Source: Blepharisma stoltei ATCC 30299 (Eukaryota > Protista > Ciliophora). From it: DNA of 64,000 nt. Of the stretch, positions 1-14,056 are shown one piece after another. The position numbers were made by a program, and so were the translations under genes. The notes beneath the pieces were generated by a model, which searched no databases, was not told the origin of the DNA, and saw only the letters and a program-made list of their open reading frames with translations. Position 1 is the stretch's first letter. The number at the start of each line of letters is the position of its first letter. Where the stretch lies: the NCBI GenBank assembly GCA_965603825.1, contig CBFDEM010000045.1:434001-498000 (forward strand). Reading direction: 5' to 3'.

Positions 1-1
1 A

Positions 2-1966
2 TCTGGTGTATCTAAAATAGAGACAGTTGGGAAAACCTATATGGCATGTGCAGGTCTTAGCATTTTTGAGTCAGAAATGGACCCAAATCTAACCTGTGTT
101 TCTCATGCTAGGAGAGCTATAGAATTTGGGTTTCTTGTTATAAAAACTGCCAAAGCTATTTTTTTGAAGAATGGCGAAGAATTAAGCTTTAAAATTGGGA
201 TAAATAGCGGCCGCGTAGTCGCTGGAGTTGTAGGAAACCATAAACCACAATTTTCTTTGATAGGAGACACTGTTAACACTTCAAGCAGAATGTGCTCCAC
301 AAGCACTGAGCCGAATCGCATACAAATTTCTATGAGCACATATGATTTACTTGATGAAAATGATAAACAAGGCTTAAAATTCATCCCAAAAGTAGTGTGG
401 GTAAAAGGCAAGGGTGATATGAATACATTTATGGTCAGTTTAGAAACCAAAGCAGATGGGACAAATTCACTTGAAAACTTCCAAACCCACCAGAGAAATG
501 CGGCTGTTAATCAATCTTCACCTAATAATAATATACATACAGCAAATATGAGGAGTATAGGCGAAAATGGGTCACTAGCACAAAGCGAGGTCCATAAGCG
601 CAGAACTTCACTTATTGATTCGTTAGATATCAGAGAAGCAAGAGAACTGTTTGATAGGTCAAATACTGATACAATAGAAAATGTTCAGATTTTTTCTTTT
701 AGATGCAATGAGTCTGCGAAAGAAAGGGAATTCAGACTTGAGGCTATTGAAAACAAGCTACCTATGTATTTTGTCGGGCTTTACATAGGAATAATTGTGT
801 TTATTTTATCAATTATTTTACAAATTATAGCTCTTATAATTGACAAAAAAGACTCTGATATATCTTTTATGGTAATTTCTGGAGCTGAAGCTTGCATGTT
901 CGCTTTTATTTCATATTTTTTGAAATTTTACTACAAAAAGAGGAGATTTGCTTGGATTATGCAGGCGACTTTTATTTCTGGCCTTGTGCTGAGCAGTACA
1001 CTAATGTCATATAACGATCAGGTATATATAGATATTCAATGCATTTTTGGGATGTATTGGATCTTACTAATGACTCACACATCAGAGCTGTTTTTCCATT
1101 GAATTCTTATGGTTTCTATACTTGTTCTTACGCCTTGGGTAATTTTAGTTTTTATATTCCAGGACTCTTTCAACAAAGTTTTCATTGTTTTCGCCATATG
1201 GTACATCATCACTGCATTTTATACTCTCCATCACAAAGAAAAATCAATGAGGACCAGTTACCTTTTAATCTCAGCTGGAAAAAGCGAAATAGAAAAAACT
1301 GAGAGATTGCTAAAAAATATGATGCCTCCACATGTATATCAAAATTTAAAAGAAGAAAAAAATATCACTGAGCTTATTAAGGATGTTACTTTAATCTATG
1401 CAGATATTGTAGGGTTTACAGCTTGGTCTGCAAATCATGCCCCTGAAGAAATCGTTAGAAGGCTATCAGATTTATTTACAAGTTTTGATAGGATGTGTGA
1501 AGAGCATCACGTCTATAAGGTCCATACAATTGGAGACTGCTATGTAGCTATGGGATATAGAGAAAATAATAGAAATCCCCAGAAAGAATGCATGAATATG
1601 GTAAAATTTGCACACTCTATGATTGAGGTTATTGAAGAGGTTAATTATAAGTATGGGAGCGAGCTAAATATGAGAATTGGCATGCATACAGGTGATGTTA
1701 TTGGGACGATGTTTGGGACAAATATTGTGAGATATGATATTTATGGGTCTGATGTGCTGATCGCGAATAAAATGGAAAGCAATGGAGAAGCAGGGAAAAT
1801 TGTTGTAAGTGAAGATACTAAAATACTTATTGAAACTTATAAGCCTGGGAAGTACCAATTCAGCTTTTTAAAAGAAATTCCGCTACAATCTCTGGAGAGG
1901 ACTATAAAAGCTTTTATGTTGCTCGATATTTCTGGAGATTTAGACACAAGTTTAAGATTTCATTAA
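2..1966 (+). CDS. Alveolate-type membrane guanylyl cyclase, C-terminal part (5' end outside window); paralog of the downstream gene
   Basis: ORFs 41-1102 and 1109-1966 are in one frame joined by TGA(Trp) at 1100-1102. First cyclase domain KIETVGKTYMA...PQFSLIGDTVNTSSRM, then a TM bundle, then second cyclase domain YADIVGFT...KVHTIGDCY...RYDIYGSDVLIANKMES. Ends TAA. Confidence 0.93.
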
Positions 1967-2282
1967 TGCTATTTTAATATAAGAACCAAATTAAAGAATA
2001 TCTATACACAATTAATTTCTTAAAAAATCCTTTTAATTTTTATGTGATAACTATACTAATTAAATAAAAAAACTAATTTGGATTTTGTAACAATTGAAAT
2101 CGAAAGTAAAATGTTTTTTACAATTTTTTTGATTAAAGTATTGAATTTTATTTTTTCGGAACTATTTTATGATTATTATAAATTTCCTTGAGTATAGGGT
2201 TAACATTTAAAAAATAACTAGTCAAATAAGCGAAATCTGTCTAAAATTAATACATAAATATAAAAAAAAATTTGATATTGCT

Positions 2283-5200
2283 ATGGAAACATTTCAGTCT
2301 GATGAAAGTTATAGAAGTATTGTTCTTCAAGGATCCAGACCAGTTGAGGGAAGCGATTTTGTTTCAAATAAAATCTCTTCATCAGATTTTACAGCCATTT
2401 CAATCATAAAGGATGCTCTATTGATGCAATTTCTAAAGCTTTCCAATCTTTGATTTTTATTTGTTTCTGTTTTAGAAATTGTCTATCATAGAGAAGGCTG
2501 AAACACACTTCTTTTATTCGGCCTAATCCTGCTTTCCAATGCTTTGAGAGTTGCATATTGAAAAAATTCACTGTATAAAAATGACAAAAAATCTAACAAA
2601 AGTATCATCTCGGTATGAAATGGGGTTGGATTTGTCGAAAAGTTGTGGGAAAATTTGTTAGTTGGAGAAATTATTTTGCTTAAAGAAAATGATATCATTC
2701 CAGCAGACATTCTTATTCTGGCAGTAGGAAACCAAGAATACAAATGCTATGTGGACACTTTTGAAGTACTAGGTGAAAGAGATCTAAGAGTAAAAAAGCC
2801 AATAAAAAGCACACAAGATATTATAAATTCTACCGATATAAAGCATGCTTCACAATTTCTAAAGCGATTAAACGAAACTGTCAAAATCTCTGAGCCAAGA
2901 AAAAATTTCCTTAAATTCAATGCAAAAATAAACATAAGGTCGCCTAAGCCTGAACTAATTTCTTATGAAAATTATATTTTAAGAGGAGAAACATTAGTTA
3001 ACACCCCTTGGATTTTTGCAATGGCTGCTTATACAGGAGCTGAAACCAAAATTTACATGAACTCAAAATTTGAAACAAAGGTGTCAAAACTTGACAAGAC
3101 TTTAAATTTGATTGTATATTGGCTGCTGTTATTAGTCATAACATTGACAGGAATTCAAGTCATAATAGGTTTATTATTAGGAAACGCATTCTATAACAAT
3201 CAAGTCGATTTAGTTTTCAACTCAATACTTATCGTCCACCGTATGATTCCTTCTTCTCTATTCCTTTGTGTAGAACTTTCTCGGATTTTCCAGGCTTGGA
3301 TTATTCACAAAAAATATAAAGGAATAAATTTTCTTAAAAGCTCTGTAAATGAAGACTTGGGGCAGGTAGAGTATATTTTAATCGATAAAACTGGGAGTTT
3401 AACCAAGAATGAGTTAGCCTTAAAAGTTTGTGTAATTGGAGAAGAGCTGTATAAAATCGAATCATTAGACGATGAGGATAATGAAGATGGGTCAAATTCT
3501 TCATTTAAATTTTTAGCACCCAATCAATTAGAAAGAAGTGACTCAAACGTCGGCCTTCAAACAGCTCGTCAGCTGAAATATTTAATAGCGCATGATGAGA
3601 TATGCAATGAAAAAACCAAAAATTTTATGCTGTGTATGGCTTTATGTAACAATGCTTTTCCAGTGTCTGATATTGAATTTACAGCCATTTTAGAAGATGA
3701 CAGGATACTTGCAAAGTGCGCTCAGAATTTAGGCGTTAATATGATTTTTAGAACGCAAAATAATGCAGTTGTTGATATCAATGGAGCTCCAATTACTTAT
3801 AAAATCTTAGGAGTGCTTCCGTTTGCTCGGAAACAAAAAAAATCATTAATTGTGATTTCTTTTCCAGGAAAAGAAGGGTCTATTCTATTCGCGAAAGGGG
3901 AAAAAGAAGAAATGCTTGACTTGTTTGATGGTGGAGAAGAGAGTAAGCATTTGATATCAAAAATTGTTGAGTCAAAAGATTTATCAAGTCTCAGAACTTT
4001 TATTTTTGGATACAAGATATTATCGCAGGCTATGACTGATCAGTTTATATTAGATATAACAAACGCCAATTTGTCACCAATTAATAAAGTTGGAAGAATC
4101 GAGTCTGTTTTTGAAAAAATTCAAAAAAATCTAAACTACCTCGGAATTGTTGGGCTTGATGATACAGTTTCTGAAAACTCTAAACAATCAGTAAAACTAT
4201 TATCTGATTTCGGAATAAAATTTTGGGTGCTTTCTGGGGATTCTGAAGAGAGCACTCTTAAAGCAGGATTGAAATCAGCATTACTCGAAGAAAACGGAAG
4301 AATTGTAAAATTAAATAATTTGGCTTCAGAACAAGCATGTATGGAAGAAATGTTAGAAAATATAAAATCTTGTATATTTCAGGAAGACTATTCTATAAGT
4401 ATTCCTGAAAATCCTAAGCTGCTAATATCAATGGACAGCATGATACAAAAGCCTATGGAAATACGGACTGAAGACCTCCATCATCAATCTTCTGAATTTC
4501 AAATAATTAAAAAAATAAGTGACATTAGCTATTTTAAGTTCAAGAAACCAAGACGCGATACAAATTCACTGAGGAGAAAGATACTCCCACTAATTTCAGA
4601 GCCTGATTTAAACACAAGCATGCTTTTTAAAAAAAGCTATAACCATAATTCTGTTGATTTTACTCTATCTGTAGACAGTATAAGTTTGGAATCTGCAATC
4701 AAAACTAAAGAAAGCAGGCAGTGCTTTGTGGCATTGCTTTTTGCTGCTAATGCAGTATTTTTCCATTCAATTTTACCAAATCAAAAACGAAAAATTGTAA
4801 AATTATTAAAAAATAATTTTGATTTTAAACCTACAGTTTTAGCAGTTGGGGATGGCACTGATGATATTGGGATGCTTCAAGAAGCACATATAGGCGTTTC
4901 ACTAAAAAGAAGCGGTTTTCATGACGCAGAGAATGCTAGCGATATTATGATTGATAATCTATCCTGTTTAGCAGACTTAATTATTTATGAAGGGCATAAC
5001 TGCTATAATAGAATGTGGAAGATGGCTATACTTTGCTTTTATGGAAATTTATTATTAGTTTCTGTAGATTTTTTTTATAATGTTATTTTTGGGTTTTCTG
5101 CAAATCCATTAATTCCTGATGAACTTGAAGTAATTTTTGATCTGCTAGTCATGGTTATTCCAATGGTTTGTTTCGGAATTTTTGAAAATATGGCAAATAT

Positions 5201-8200
5201 TAAAGATATTTTAGAATTCCCAAATTATTATTTTGAGCATATTTTTTCTGTCTCAGCAATGGCTAAGGGTATTATTTTTTCAGTATTGTGGGGGTTTATA
5301 CAAGGGTTAGTTATAATACTTATTATGTTTACCTCAATAGGAGAAATTGTAAATGAGAATGGATTCACTAGTAATTTTGATTTATCAGGATTTGAAATTT
5401 ATATAATAATTTATGTGCTTATTGGCATAACATCTATATGGGCATCCAGTAAATTGTCATTAATTCAAATAGGATCTCAGGTCTTTGTATTGGTTTTTTC
5501 ATCTGTGATAATATTATTGCTTACATATAATCAGCTCTCCAATGATCAGCTTATAGGAATTTCAGAAATGCTTGGAGATGTATCTTTATCTTGGATTTGC
5601 ATGATTTTTGTCCCAATTTATATGTTTTTAATTACTTTTTCAGTAATTTCTATCTATGAGAGCTTCAAATATAAAAAGAGCCCAAAAATCACAGTCCTAA
5701 GACCTAATAATAAATTTAGTAAAGATATACGACTAGAAAAGTACAGAAACTGTATTGGAGAGATTTATAATGAGTCATCAGATTGAGACAAGAAAATGAA
5801 CCAATACACTTTTGATATTAATAAATGCAAGCTAAAATTTATCTCAGAATACAGAGAGCAAGATTACCAAAAATATGCTACAGAGGCGAATTTACAATTT
5901 TATAAATATTTTATGATACTGAAATTGGTAGCAATAATTGGAGTCACAATATATAGGATTATTCAAGAAATTGATGATCTTTATACCCTTAATTCTTTCT
6001 GAATTTTTTTACCAGATCTATTATGATCGATTCTAATATACACAGAATTCTGAAAAAAATGACTCAAAACAATCGTTATTATAAACTTTTTAACGTACAA
6101 TACAATTATTTTGATGAAAAATATTTTTATTCCATCAATACCCATTTTAGTAATCGTCCATTTTTTTATCGGTTTTAGCCAATTTTGGTATGAAATGATA
6201 ATTTGTGGCTTGATTTTTTCATTTTCAGGATGCTCTGCAACTATTTTCTATTTTTCCCGGGTACTTAATGAAGAGCATGATGAAGTTGTAATAGGATCAT
6301 TAGAATACATGATTACTTATATAGGAATTGCGCTGACATCAGCACTGATTGGCTACACAATCGATAAGTCTAAACGAAATGAATATATCGTGAGTAACAA
6401 AGTCCATATAGAGGTAAATAAATTAACAAGCATTTTAAATTTGCTGCTTCCTTCACACGTGTCAAGTCGTGTGAAAAACGGCGAAAGATCATTTGCAAAA
6501 GACCAAGGCATCGTCAGTGTGATTTTTTGCGATATGTGCAATTTCGATTCTATAGTCGCAAGCTACTCTCCACAAGAGCTTGCTTCATTTCTTGATGATC
6601 TTTTCAGCAAATTTGATAAGCTATGTGAGCAGTCTGGGGTATCTAAAATTGAAACAGTCGGAAAAACTTATATGGCTTGTGCAGGACTCTCTATTTTTGA
6701 ATCAGAAATTGACCCAAATTTAACTTGTGTTTCTCATGCGAGAAGAGCGATTGAGTTTGCACTTTTGGTCGTAAAAACAATTAAAACGATGAAGCTCAAA
6801 AATGGAGAAGAATTGACATTCAAAATTGGAATAAATAGTGGAAAAGTGACTGCTGGAGTCGTAGGAAATCATAAGCCTCAGTTTTCTTTGATAGGAGACA
6901 CAGTAAATACTTCAAGTAGAATGTGCTCAACTTGTACAGAAATAAATGGAATCCAAATATCTATGGACACTTATGAGCTGCTTGAAGAAGCGGAAAGAAA
7001 TGGTCTGGAATTTTCTGCTAAAACTATTTATGCAAAAGGCAAAGGGGATATGGACACCTTTATAGTTAGCCTAAATAGTAGAGAGAGTATTAAATCAGCA
7101 GAAGAAAGCCGTAAAAATTTTCAGCTAAGTCTTGATGTCCCTAATGTATCTACAGTATCCCCAAACGCCAATTCCAGGCATTCCTCAGTCTCTTCACAAG
7201 GCCAAACCGAATCCCAAAACCGGTCTTCGCTTATGTATGATCTTGATATCTACGAAACTAAAGAACTTTTTAAAAAAACTAGCACAGGGATTATTGAAAA
7301 GCCTAGTTTTTTTTCTTTAAAATGCCAAGAGTCTCAAAAAGAGCGCAATTTCCGATTAGAAATTATGAAAAATAAGCTGCCATTTTATTATACAGCTCTT
7401 TCTATTGCAGTTTTAGGGTTTTTTTTCTCAATTATTCCAATAGCTATTAAGAGTATTGCTAAATGTGATGAGTCAAATATAAAAGGCATAGTTGCATTAT
7501 CCTCTGATATTATTTTATTTGCATTTATGATTTATCTACTAAGAAAATATCATCATAAAAGATGCTTTGCTTGGGTGTTGGAATTTGCATATGTCTTGGC
7601 GCTAGTTATGAGTTTAATCGGAACTTATTCAAAAGGTGAGATTTATACAAATCTAGAAGTAATATACATCATGCACTGAATCCTGCTTATGACTCATTGC
7701 TCAGATCTATTTTTCCACTGAAATTTTATTATATGTCTCATTTCTGTTTCTCCCTGCGTGGTCATGCTTTATATAGAAATGAACAGTTTCGATCGTATTT
7801 TTATATTGGTTATAATCACTTTTATCGCTGTCTTATATTTTACATTATTTCACAGAGAAAAAACAATGAGAAAATCTCATCTTTTAATAACAGCAGGAAA
7901 AAAAGAAATAGAAAAAACTGAACAATTATTGAAAAATATGATGCCTCCTCATATATACCAGAACTTGCGAAATGAAAATAATGCTGCAGAAGTTATAAAA
8001 GATGTCACTTTAATTTATGCTGATATTGTAGGCTTTACAGCCTGGTCTTCTACTAATTCTACTGCAGATATAGTAAAAAGACTGTCAGATCTATTTACGA
8101 GTTTTGATAAAAAATGCGAAAAATTCCATGTCTATAAAGTCCATACTATTGGGGATTGCTATGTAGCCATGGGATATAAAGATAACGACAGAAACCCTCA

Positions 8201-8573
8201 GCAAGAATGCATCAACATGGTAAACTTTGCGAAATCGATGATAGAAATTATAGAAAAAGTCAATAGAAAGTATAGAAGTCAGCTGAATATGAGGATTGGA
8301 ATACACACAGGTGATATTATAGGAGCAATTTCAGGGACAAATATTGTAAGATATGATGTTTATGGCTCAGATGTTTTAATTGCAAACAAAATGGAAAGTA
8401 ATGGAGAAGCTGGAAAAATCTGTGTAAGCGAAGTGACCAAAAATTTAATTGAGTCTTCCAATCCAGAATTATATCATTTTTCGTTTTCAAAAGAAATTTC
8501 TATACCCTCAGTCAACAGAACAATAAAATCATACATGCTGACCGATTTTTCTTCTGACGAGGAATCCCCTTAG
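2283..8573 (+). CDS. P4-ATPase-like/guanylyl cyclase fusion protein (~2096 aa)
   Basis: Single frame from ATG 2283 to TAG 8573 when 11 in-frame TGA are read as Trp. P-type ATPase motifs (EDLGQVEYILIDKTGSLT, LSGD, LAVGDGTDDIGMLQEAHIGV) are followed by TM segments and two class III cyclase domains. The architecture is known from ciliate and apicomplexan GCs. Confidence 0.93.
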
Positions 8574-8662
8574 ACTTTATATATATATAATTTATAAATC
8601 TAATTTAAATATTTCAAAAACCGTTATATGAAAATGGAAGTCTGTCATCCATAATAATTATC

Positions 8663-9022
8663 ATGTCGAACAAGTGGAAATTCAATACCTTTGACTGTAT
8701 GCAACACCCTGTTATGTGCTTATGGGCCTGGTGTGTCCCATGTGGTGGTTGCTGCATGCAAGCTGTGGACGCTCGAGAATGCGACAAAGACAATAAGAAC
8801 GCATGCTTGATTGCGTGCCTTATGAGCTGCTGCCTTGGAGTTTATGGCGCTACTTTCAACAGGTATCAAGTAAGGAACAAGCTACAACTCGAAGGAACTG
8901 TCCCTATGGACTTCTTGTGCCATTGCTGCTGTGGATGCTGTTCAGTAGTCCAGGAATGGCAACAAGTTATGGACACCAAGCATGGGAAGGCAAAAATAAA
9001 CATCTGGGAAGTCGGAAAATAA
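8663..9022 (+). CDS. PLAC8-family Cys-rich protein
   Basis: W..FDC...CLWAWCVPC...NRYQVRNKLQLEG...DFLCHCCCGCCSVVQEW matches the PLAC8/cornifelin pattern. Confidence 0.85.
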   Translation: MSNKWKFNTFDCMQHPVMCLWAWCVPCGGCCMQAVDARECDKDNKNACLIACLMSCCLGVYGATFNRYQVRNKLQLEGTVPMDFLCHCCCGCCSVVQEWQQVMDTKHGKAKINIWEVGK

Positions 9023-9687
9023 ATCCTAAGTTTAAGAGAATATTTTTTAAGTTAAATTTCTGGTTCAAACATTAGTCAGTTTATGGTTGGAAGATTATAG
9101 ACTCACGCCAATGTGCGGGCTGCAAAATTTTTGAGGAAATTTGTGTAAGAAGCAAAATAGTTAAAAGAAGGTTAAAACTTAAATTATTGTGGAGATTTGA
9201 AAGCCAAAAATTAAGTGCAACTCCCCAGCTTTCAAAGTTGTTTAATAAATTAAGCTAGCTAAAATTGGAATGAAATTAAGTTATTAGACTGATCAGGTTT
9301 ATCAAATGTGCTTAGGCCAGAAAAAATATTTAAATACTAGATGTTGCTTTATTTCAATTCGTAGTAGGATTTATTTAAGATTATCCTTCAATAATGTTTA
9401 GCTTTAAAACTCATTTTATCACCAAAATTATCTATTATCTCCTTTTGAGGATTATTAAAATTAATAAACCACATTTGCTTGAGAAGTTATCTTAAAATAA
9501 TTATTTTGAATAGTTGACCTGATATTGAGTTTTATTTGAATATAAGCTTAAAAACTAAACCAAGTTTATTTCAGTATTGTGGGGTTTCAAAATAAAACTA
9601 AAATGGATTCGAATTTAAAATTAGCATTGACCAGCAAATAGCATAAGCTCTATTAAAATCAAAGTAAAAATAAGCAGATGCTAAAGT

Positions 9688-10818
9688 TTAATTAAGTTCT
9701 GCATTTTCTTGGCTAGCTTCAGGATTTATATTTTCTCCTTCTTGGACTCGTTCATTTGGCTGTGGAGGCTCTTCTTCTTTTACTTCTTCAATGATTTGTT
9801 CTTGTTTTGGCTCTCTATCTTCAATTATTCCCGCATCTTTTTCACCCTCTTCTTTTTCACCTTCTTCTTTTACGATTTCTTCTTCCTTATTTTCTTCTTG
9901 CTCATTTCCTCCTTCATCAATAATTTTATTTCCAGTGTCCACTTCTATCCCTTCTTGCTCAATGCCTTGATCTCTGACATACTCTTCAAAAGCTCCTTCG
10001 TCATCTTTAAACAAGGACTGGTCCATCATAAACATAGCCTTTCCGCTTATTCTGCCAAGCTTTCTGTTTTCTTCAGCTTTGGCCTGTTCCCTCATTTCTT
10101 TTTGCTCAGAAATCCATTTCATAAAAATTTCCAAAGTGACAGGGACTCCGCCTGGTGGTAAAGCAGTTCTTTCTTCTTCAATTTTGTACTCAATAGGGAG
10201 CTCATCTTCTTCAGGAGCCATTTCTAAAGCTTTTTCTTCTTCTGATTTAATTACATATCCTTCAGGTAGAGCGTGCTTATAAATGCAAGTATCTCCGTTA
10301 GGGCATTTCCAAAACCATCCGAACTTATTAGACTCGACTGCTTCTAAGAAAAATTGGCAAGTGATATCATTATGGCACGTCCTTGTGTCTGTGTATAAAT
10401 CAGGCTTTTCGAGCTGAATTGGCTCGCCTGATAAATCGTGCGAAAATTTGCATTTGTCGCCTTTTTTGCAAAATCCTTGCTTAAAGTAAGGACAAATTAC
10501 AGTCTTTGCATTTGCATCGTCAACTTTGGGGATCTCGACCACACTTTTGAAGAGTGAAGCTAGCAACGCACTTTCGACTTTTGCCTTTTTCTTTTCTTCC
10601 TTGGCTGCGTGTTCTTGGGCAAGTTTAGCGCTTTCTCCTCCTTTGTTAACACCAGTGACTTGGGTTTTGACACCTTTGATGTATTTTTGGACTGATGCCG
10701 ATTTGTTTTTGTTTTTTAAGCCAAAGGTTTTGTCTTCAATGACTTTCTGTTTGAATTTTTCTTCTTCACGCTTCTTTTGTTTTTCTGCCTGCTTCTTTGG
10801 GTTTGCTTTTGCGGGCAT
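9688..10818 (-). CDS. ZC3H15: CCCH zinc-finger protein, ZC3H15/Tma46 (DFRP1) family
   Basis: IEDKTFGLKNKNKS..VQKYI, CPYFKQGFCKKGDKCKFSHD, CQFFLEAVE..KFGWFWKCPNG..CIYKHALP; acidic tail. Confidence 0.9.
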   Translation of the reverse strand: MPAKANPKKQAEKQKKREEEKFKQKVIEDKTFGLKNKNKSASVQKYIKGVKTQVTGVNKGGESAKLAQEHAAKEEKKKAKVESALLASLFKSVVEIPKVDDANAKTVICPYFKQGFCKKGDKCKFSHDLSGEPIQLEKPDLYTDTRTCHNDITCQFFLEAVESNKFGWFWKCPNGDTCIYKHALPEGYVIKSEEEKALEMAPEEDELPIEYKIEEERTALPPGGVPVTLEIFMKWISEQKEMREQAKAEENRKLGRISGKAMFMMDQSLFKDDEGAFEEYVRDQGIEQEGIEVDTGNKIIDEGGNEQEENKEEEIVKEEGEKEEGEKDAGIIEDREPKQEQIIEEVKEEEPPQPNERVQEGENINPEASQENAELN

Positions 10819-11271
10819 ATTTTTATTAGAAATTGGCTATATGGATTATGGCTTAATAAAGAAAATTGAGGTAAATATGATTCTAGAAAAGAGGGAATAA
10901 ACGAAGATTTTGTGAGAGGAAATTGAATTAATTTTTATGATAGGTATTTTGAGAGAAAATGATAGAAAATTATGATGAATAAAAAAACAAAAATAAAGAA
11001 AAATTTGAGATTATGCTTTTTATATTTAAAAAGTGATATTTATTATTTCAGAAGCTTAGTTTTAGCATTTTATATAGCTTTAGGAGTCATAGGCTACAAA
11101 AATTATACTATTTCAATTTATGAAAATTTAATTTCCTATTCCTTTATTTTTAAGAGTTACAAAGATTTTGCTAGCTATATTATTAGAGCATTTTAAAACT
11201 TTATTAAAAAGAACAAGAAAGTGTTTATGAAACATTTAAAATTATATAGCTTGAGAAGGACCCCAAAATGC

Positions 11272-12099
11272 TTAACTGAAACTTAAGCAATTTTTGCTTA
11301 ATTGTAGACAGTATAAAGCATATATATGTTGCGATGACATATATGGGTTATAGCACTGTGGAATTGGTTGGGCAATGTCATTTGGAATTCCTTTCGTATT
11401 AAAGGCACACGCAATTTTTTCACTATTGAATTCTTTGTGACAGCAGCTAGCGCTCTCAGCATCTCCAAGTTTTTCATACAAACGGGCTAAGCTGCCTAAG
11501 ATTTCTTGGTTTTTTTGGTACTTTATCACTTCTTTATAAACTTTAACTGCTTCTTGGTTTTTGTTTTGCAGCTCCAAGCAATATCCAATATTGCAAAGAA
11601 GTTCTGCTTTAAGCTTTAAATCAGATGCAGAAAGCTCATAAGCCTTCTTATAATAATGCTCAGCGTTCTCATAGTGCCCTTGATTTTTATAAATCTTCGC
11701 TAAATTACTATAAATAATGCCCTTTTCTTCAAAATCTGGAGAAATCTTGAGAGCAGCTAAAAATGCTACTTCAGCGTATTTTCAGTTGTTGTATTTTGAG
11801 TACAGAAGACCGATCCCATATCAAAGCTGAGGATTTGTGTCCTCTTTTAGTGAGTAAAGGCACTTCTGGTAAATGGCATAGCATCTCTCTAAATCTTGGC
11901 TTATAAAGTAGCAATGGCCAAGATAAACCCAATGCTTGCCTTCAGAATTTTCTAGCTGAGTTTTTCTCTCAAAGAAGGCTAAGGCACTGTGGATGTCTAC
12001 TATTTCTTGGGGATTTCGCAAGCCTTCCATGATGGCTGGGTAAAATTGTTCTTCAGTTTGTTCACTGACCTGATTTTCCACACTCAAGACCGTCGACAT
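11272..12099 (-). CDS. TPR protein, Ssn6/Cyc8-like repeats (~275 aa)
   Basis: ATG 12099; two TGA read as Trp join the ORFs. WVYLGHCY..., NPQL(W)YGIGLLY...YAEVAF resemble Cyc8/UTX TPRs. Confidence 0.75.
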
Positions 12100-13522
12100 G
12101 TTAATGCAATTATAAATTAAACATAGACCATTTAAAATAATTGGTAAATAATTAATACGAATTATTTGCATGAGATAATAAATAGAAATGAGATTAAAAT
12201 ATTTTTACATTTTTAAATCCTTTTTATGAATTTGAGCTGACATATGGATGGAATTAAAATAAAAAATTCACCACGACAAAGTTTGCTAGATTTATTATTC
12301 AAGAGATGCTTTCTTTAAAAATAGCTCTCTTTTGTAATCAAAATTGTTTAATTTTACTTGAACATTCATATAAGAGCTATGAGAAAATTTTATAAGCACC
12401 CACAAGCTCTGTTTGGCTTTGGGAAAAATGAAATTCGCATACTCTAAGCAGCCAAAGAAATCATATGCGATACTCTTGTAGGAAAAAATATAAAAAGTTG
12501 ACCTATTAAATTAGAAAGAAGGGCTGGCGACATATTTCGGTGATTAAAATACCATATTAATTATATGTTTTAACGCTTAAAATTAAAGCACTATATCAAA
12601 ATAATTAGGCAATCATTATTTTTTAGAAATCAATTAATTTTAATTTAACTTTGAATTATATATTTTTACAATTTAAAAACCTTCATTCTAAATTGTTTAT
12701 ATATTGACCTTTAGCCAATTTTAACGATTTGAATTTTTTACAATATGATTTGATTACTAAATCTATCATTTTAATTTTTAAGACACGAAAATTTTCAGAA
12801 TAAAAAATTTCAAAATCCAATTTGACACTAAATGTAAATACTAATAGTAGCTTTTATCTATTTATAGAGTTGCTGCTTTTATTATAATAATTTTTTCTTT
12901 AACTTTTATTATGGATTCTTCTAATTAAGTAGGGGTTTTCTTATTTTATATTATGTTTATAAAAATGCCTTTCTTTTAAAAGAATAAATATGAATTAAAT
13001 ATAAAAATAATTTAGTATAAGTGCTGATAAAATTAATATTATCATTCATCAATAGTAAAAACTTATTTCTGAATTATAATTTACTTTTAGCTATCGATTT
13101 CTGGCTTAAAATAATGACTTCTCCAAACCTTTATTATTATTAATTTTTCTGATGGGGTTGAAAAAAATAATGTTTTCTATGCCTGACTTGGAAATTTTTT
13201 TATAGTTCTCTTTAAATATAATTAACTATTGAACCAAAATTATTAATATTGAAGAAAAAGTCTTTCTTAATAACTTTTCTTGATTATTACTAAAAGAATC
13301 TAACTTAAATATCATTTAACAGCAAAATCCTCCAAAGTAAATTAATTACTATTATAATACAACTTTTTTGCTTCTCAAAAAATTCCATTTCTGGCATGCT
13401 TTATTCAATTCAGCATTACTTAACTTTAAATAGCAATTTTTTGTTTCCTACTATTTATGCCATTTTCTGATAATAATCAGACTTTAATTAAAAATATCTT
13501 ATATAAATATTAATAAATAATT

Positions 13523-14056
13523 ATGACCACAGATAACGAGAGGACTGATTTAAAATTACTTCCACCCCCTATCGATTTATGTGTGATTACAGGTTTGAAG
13601 ACAAGAAACAGTTTATCATGTCTATCTTGTGGGATGATGTTCAGATCTCAAAGTGATGTAGAAATACATTTATTATCAGAAAACTCTACTTTTCCAAAAT
13701 TCGGAATAGCAAATGGAGAAGAAACAGTAATACAATATGAAAAGAGTGCTTTAATTTTACCATTATTCAGCTCTTTAGATATTGAGGAAAAAGAAGAATT
13801 TGTCTGCCAGCAATGCCGATTGGAGTTTAAATCATATAAAGGGATGAAACAACATATAGGGAAAATGCATTTGACGAAATATAAACATTCAAAATGTCCA
13901 CTTTGTACCAAAAATTTTAGACATAAATATGCAGTTAAATTTCATATAAAGCAAGTTCATGAAAAATCAACGCGAGCAAGCTGCAAAAATTGTGGAAGAG
14001 AGTTTTATAATAAATATTTGCTGAATAATCATACAAAGACTTGCTACTGCTTATAG
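13523..14056 (+). CDS. C2H2 zinc-finger protein
   Basis: CQQCRLEFKSYKGMKQHIGKMH, CPLCTKNFRHKYAVKFHIKQVH, CKNCGREFYNKYLLNNHTKTC. Confidence 0.85.
   Translation: MTTDNERTDLKLLPPPIDLCVITGLKTRNSLSCLSCGMMFRSQSDVEIHLLSENSTFPKFGIANGEETVIQYEKSALILPLFSSLDIEEKEEFVCQQCRLEFKSYKGMKQHIGKMHLTKYKHSKCPLCTKNFRHKYAVKFHIKQVHEKSTRASCKNCGREFYNKYLLNNHTKTCYCL

Noticed and set aside
1039-7921. Similar short alternative-frame ORFs 1039-1302 and 7697-7921, both ending KKRNRKN
   Set aside because: Off-frame shadows of the paralogous cyclase sequence (GKxEIEKTE); the main frame is continuous with TGA=Trp.
10972-11196. 74-aa ORF in AT-rich DNA
   Set aside because: Composition matches intergenic sequence; no motif.
12379-12572. 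Short coding-like stretch (..LERRAGDIF..) with an internal TAA
   Set aside because: Too short and weak to assign; at most a decayed fragment.
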